Source: Pseudorhodobacter antarcticus
GTDB lineage: Bacteria; Pseudomonadota; Alphaproteobacteria; Rhodobacterales; Rhodobacteraceae
NCBI GenBank assembly: GCA_945897655.1
Contig: CAMDHB010000001.1
Location: 1 to 49,975 of the forward strand
Length of the DNA: 49,975 nucleotides
Reading direction: 5' to 3'
A program made the translations under genes and the position numbers. Positions 47,273-49,975 of the stretch are shown here, piece by piece. The notes beneath the pieces are model-generated. The model ran no database searches. It had not been told where the DNA came from and saw only the letters and a program-made list of their open reading frames with translations. The stretch's first letter is position 1. The number at the start of each line of letters is the position of its first letter.

Positions 47273-49975
47273 ATGATCGCATTGATTTCCATTCCCTTGG
47301 TTGCACCAACAGGTCCCCTAACACCGCCCTCCCAGTCCGAGGGGGGTGTCCAAGACCTGGTCGAAGGCGGCGCCGACTTCGGCACGCTGATGAACCTGTC
47401 CGACGGGGCGCCAACCAACGCCGCCCCACTGATCTTGCACCCCCAGCCCACACCCGGGGCAGATACGGTGACGGGGCTCGCTCCACCTGCCCTTTGGCCC
47501 GTGCCGCCCGACCCGTCACCGGCCAGCGATGCCCCCATTCCTGATGGCATCACAGAAAAACAGGATGCCACAGACCCTGATACGGTCGATCAGACCCAAC
47601 CTGTGACCTTTGCGCTGGTTCAGGTCCTGACACTGCCTGCTAGTCTATTGGCACATCCAGGCAGGTCCGAACGGTCAGCCGTTCATGATCCGGTCCCGAC
47701 CGCCCCCGAAAATGGTTCGCCCGCTACGCAACTGGCCCAGGATGAAGACCACCCCCGCAACAAGGAATTGGCCGAACCCTTACGGGGTGCGCAATCCCAA
47801 CCGCAAAAAGGTGATCGCCGACCGGCCGAACTGACCACGACACCGCTGGAAGGGGACCGCGCAACGGCCCAACCGCGGCCTGCACCGCTGGAAGGTGATC
47901 GCACGCAGACCCAACTGCCAACTGCACCAGATCGAGGTGATCACGCCCGGGCCCAACAGCCGGATGCACCCTATCTCCCTGTCACAGAAAGGACCAATCC
48001 GCTCGCGGTCAGTTCGCAACCCATGCTGGGCCACCGCCAACGCTCCGCACCAGATGTGGCCCGTTCAGCCGAACAAAGGCCAACCGTCCCGGCGGCCACG
48101 TCCGCCACGATCGACCAACCCCCCGAAACGGCAGAGGTTGGCTCAGACCCGGCTCATCCCATTCTGGGTGCTTCCGTTCAATCCTTGCTCCGCGCAGGCG
48201 GGCCGAAGGCTACAGCAGCACCGCCTTCCGATCCCACGCCGTTTCACCAGCCACGCCCCGGCGGTGACAAGGACAATGGCGTGACACGGGCCACACCGGT
48301 CCACAAGTCCAACCGAACATTTGACACCGTGCCGCCTCAAGACGTTCACAGTCGCCCGGTTCGTCCTGTCCTGCCCGTTCAAACGCCACCGGCAGATCCC
48401 ACGCCGTTTCCCCAGCCACGCCCCGGCGGTGACAAGGACAATGGCGTGACACAGGCCACACCGGTCCACCAGTCGAACCGCAGTTCGGACCCTGTGCCAC
48501 CTCAAGACATTCACAGTCGTTTGGTGCGTCCTGTCCTGGCAGTTCAATCGCCACCCGCACATCCAACGGCGTTTCCCCAGCAAGGCCCCATCGTTGACAA
48601 GGACAATGAAGTGATAAAGGCCACACCTGTCCACCAGTCCATCCGAACATCTGACACTGTGCCGCCTCAAGACACTCACCGTCGCCCGGCTCGTCCTGTC
48701 CTGCCCGTTCAAACGCCACCGGCAGATCCCACGGCGTTTCCACAGCCACGCCCCAGCGGTGACAAGGCCAGTGGCCTGACACCGCCCACAGCGGTCCACC
48801 AGTCGAACCGCAGTTCGGACCCTGTGCCACCTCAAGACATTCACAGTCGTTCGCTTCGTCCGGTCATGCCCGTTCAAACGCCACATGAACTATCCCCACC
48901 GTCGCCCGTGCAGCCGCATAACCCGGACAGACCCTTCGTCGCCCGACCCAACCCGCTGCCCGAAACCCACACAGCAACGGGTGCCGAACGTCCGCCGGTT
49001 GCCCTGAGTGCGGACAGTCCTGTCCCGGCGCTGGCCAAACAAATGCCGCGCCAATCTGGCGAACTGCCCGCGCCACTGCCGTTGGCCAACCAACCCGCCC
49101 CTCAGCCGCCAACCGCTGCAACCATCCCCGCGGGTCAGATGCCTCCCCGTCTGGCACCCGTCACTCGCTCAGGGCCACTGGAACCAAAGATGGCCCTGAA
49201 CGTGCCCGCCCAACCATCCTCCCCCACAACGCCGGATCGCGCCCCACCTCAAGGGGTCACTGTCCTGCAGGCCACGGTGCCATCGCCCGCCCCTTCCCCC
49301 CCGGGCTGGGTGCAAGCGAAAGATGCCATCGTTCAAGGCAGCCTGATCCAAAGTACGACACGACATAACGCAATCCCGCGCTCCACGCCGTCAGCATTGC
49401 CAATGCCCAAGGCAGGCCAAACCGAATCCCGCCAAATTCGGGTGATCGTCCCACCGGCAACCGGCCCCATGACCGATTCCACCCCGACCACGACCGTTGC
49501 AAAGATGGGGCCGATATGGACTGCCCCCCTTTCAGGTGCAACTGAAACACCCCCAACAGCGCCGGCCCATGTTCCGGTCAAGATCTGGCCAGTGTCGGTC
49601 AGCCGGGTCCAAACCGGCGCTATGCGGCCGGGGGTGCAGGCGCTTTCAGACCTGCCGCCGACCACAATTGTCGGGCATTCCGATATCGCTGCTGACAGGA
49701 TTTCGCCCAATGCGCACCAGGTCGATCGGCATCACACCCGTCCAGAACAGCCGGCAGCCATTGCCCCCTCGATCGCAGCTTTGCCCGCACTTGACAGCCC
49801 AAGGACCATCTCTCCGCAGCCTCGCACGGTGACCTTGGTGGATTCTGCGCCCATCCCCACACCAACTCCGGTCATGAACCCCCTGCCCGCGTTCCTGCCA
49901 AATGCCGGTGGGCCACAGCCCGAATCGCGGCCCACCGGCATGTCCCCCCCCCCGAAAACCAGCCTCACGCAAGGC
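47273..49975 (+). CDS. fliK: Probable flagellar hook-length control protein FliK, N-terminal part (at least 901 codons, runs off the window)
   Basis: Not in the ORF track. I read an uninterrupted Pro/Ala/Thr/Gln-rich frame from ATG 47273 (or 47240) to the end of the window. It is divergent from flgJ, where fliK sits in Rhodobacteraceae clusters. The C-terminal FliK domain is not visible. Confidence 0.65.
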   Translation, partial: MIALISIPLVAPTGPLTPPSQSEGGVQDLVEGGADFGTLMNLSDGAPTNAAPLILHPQPTPGADTVTGLAPPALWPVPPDPSPASDAPIPDGITEKQDATDPDTVDQTQPVTFALVQVLTLPASLLAHPGRSERSAVHDPVPTAPENGSPATQLAQDEDHPRNKELAEPLRGAQSQPQKGDRRPAELTTTPLEGDRATAQPRPAPLEGDRTQTQLPTAPDRGDHARAQQPDAPYLPVTERTNPLAVSSQPMLGHRQRSAPDVARSAEQRPTVPAATSATIDQPPETAEVGSDPAHPILGASVQSLLRAGGPKATAAPPSDPTPFHQPRPGGDKDNGVTRATPVHKSNRTFDTVPPQDVHSRPVRPVLPVQTPPADPTPFPQPRPGGDKDNGVTQATPVHQSNRSSDPVPPQDIHSRLVRPVLAVQSPPAHPTAFPQQGPIVDKDNEVIKATPVHQSIRTSDTVPPQDTHRRPARPVLPVQTPPADPTAFPQPRPSGDKASGLTPPTAVHQSNRSSDPVPPQDIHSRSLRPVMPVQTPHELSPPSPVQPHNPDRPFVARPNPLPETHTATGAERPPVALSADSPVPALAKQMPRQSGELPAPLPLANQPAPQPPTAATIPAGQMPPRLAPVTRSGPLEPKMALNVPAQPSSPTTPDRAPPQGVTVLQATVPSPAPSPPGWVQAKDAIVQGSLIQSTTRHNAIPRSTPSALPMPKAGQTESRQIRVIVPPATGPMTDSTPTTTVAKMGPIWTAPLSGATETPPTAPAHVPVKIWPVSVSRVQTGAMRPGVQALSDLPPTTIVGHSDIAADRISPNAHQVDRHHTRPEQPAAIAPSIAALPALDSPRTISPQPRTVTLVDSAPIPTPTPVMNPLPAFLPNAGGPQPESRPTGMSPPPKTSLTQG
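47810..47971 (+). repeat. Four degenerate 42-bp (14-aa) tandem repeats in fliK
   Basis: GDRRPAELTTTPLE / GDRATAQPRPAPLE / GDRTQTQLPTAPDR / GDHARAQQPDAP starting at 47810, 47852, 47894 and 47936. Confidence 0.75.
48230..48883 (+). repeat. Four 165-bp (55-aa) tandem repeats in fliK
   Basis: Units start at 48230, 48395, 48560 and 48725; consensus DPTxFxQPRPxGDKDNGVTxATPVHQSNRxxDxVPPQDxHSRxxRPVLPVQTP. Confidence 0.9.

Noticed and set aside
48230-48883. Possible CRISPR array
   Set aside because: The units are 165-bp whole-unit repeats in frame within a coding region, with no short identical repeats, unique spacers or cas genes.
48143-48886. Minus-strand Cys/Trp/Arg-rich repeat ORFs (247 aa and 206 aa)
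   Set aside because: They are antisense readings of the fliK repeats; the plus frame is open across the whole region.

Overview
High-GC alphaproteobacterial chromosome window; gene content and order point to Rhodobacteraceae (inference). It has four parts. (1) A housekeeping block: a disulfide oxidoreductase and TVP38 protein divergent from rpmH-rnpA-yidD-ttcA-GGDEF/EAL-yidC-yihA-argB-tRNA-Met. (2) An accessory carbohydrate-utilisation region of about 27 kb (9590-36990) with three sugar (CUT1) ABC importers, two mandelate-racemase-family enolases, GH78, GH51 and GH2-type glycosidases, four regulators, and an IS21 remnant next to an amidase pseudogene. (3) glpK, a zinc-finger protein, tRNA-Pro, three tandem DMT transporters and leuB. 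(4) The start of a flagellar cluster (DUF1217, flbT, flaF, flagellin, flgN, flgJ) plus a very long repeat-expanded fliK-like ORF that runs off the window end. The most unusual non-genic signal is a 77-bp module present twice in inverted orientation (3010-3086, 8352-8428). It has a TTAAC box, an IHF-like site and the palindrome GTGTCCACATGTGGACRC at identical spacing. All calls come from reading the sequence and recalled family motifs; no searches were run.
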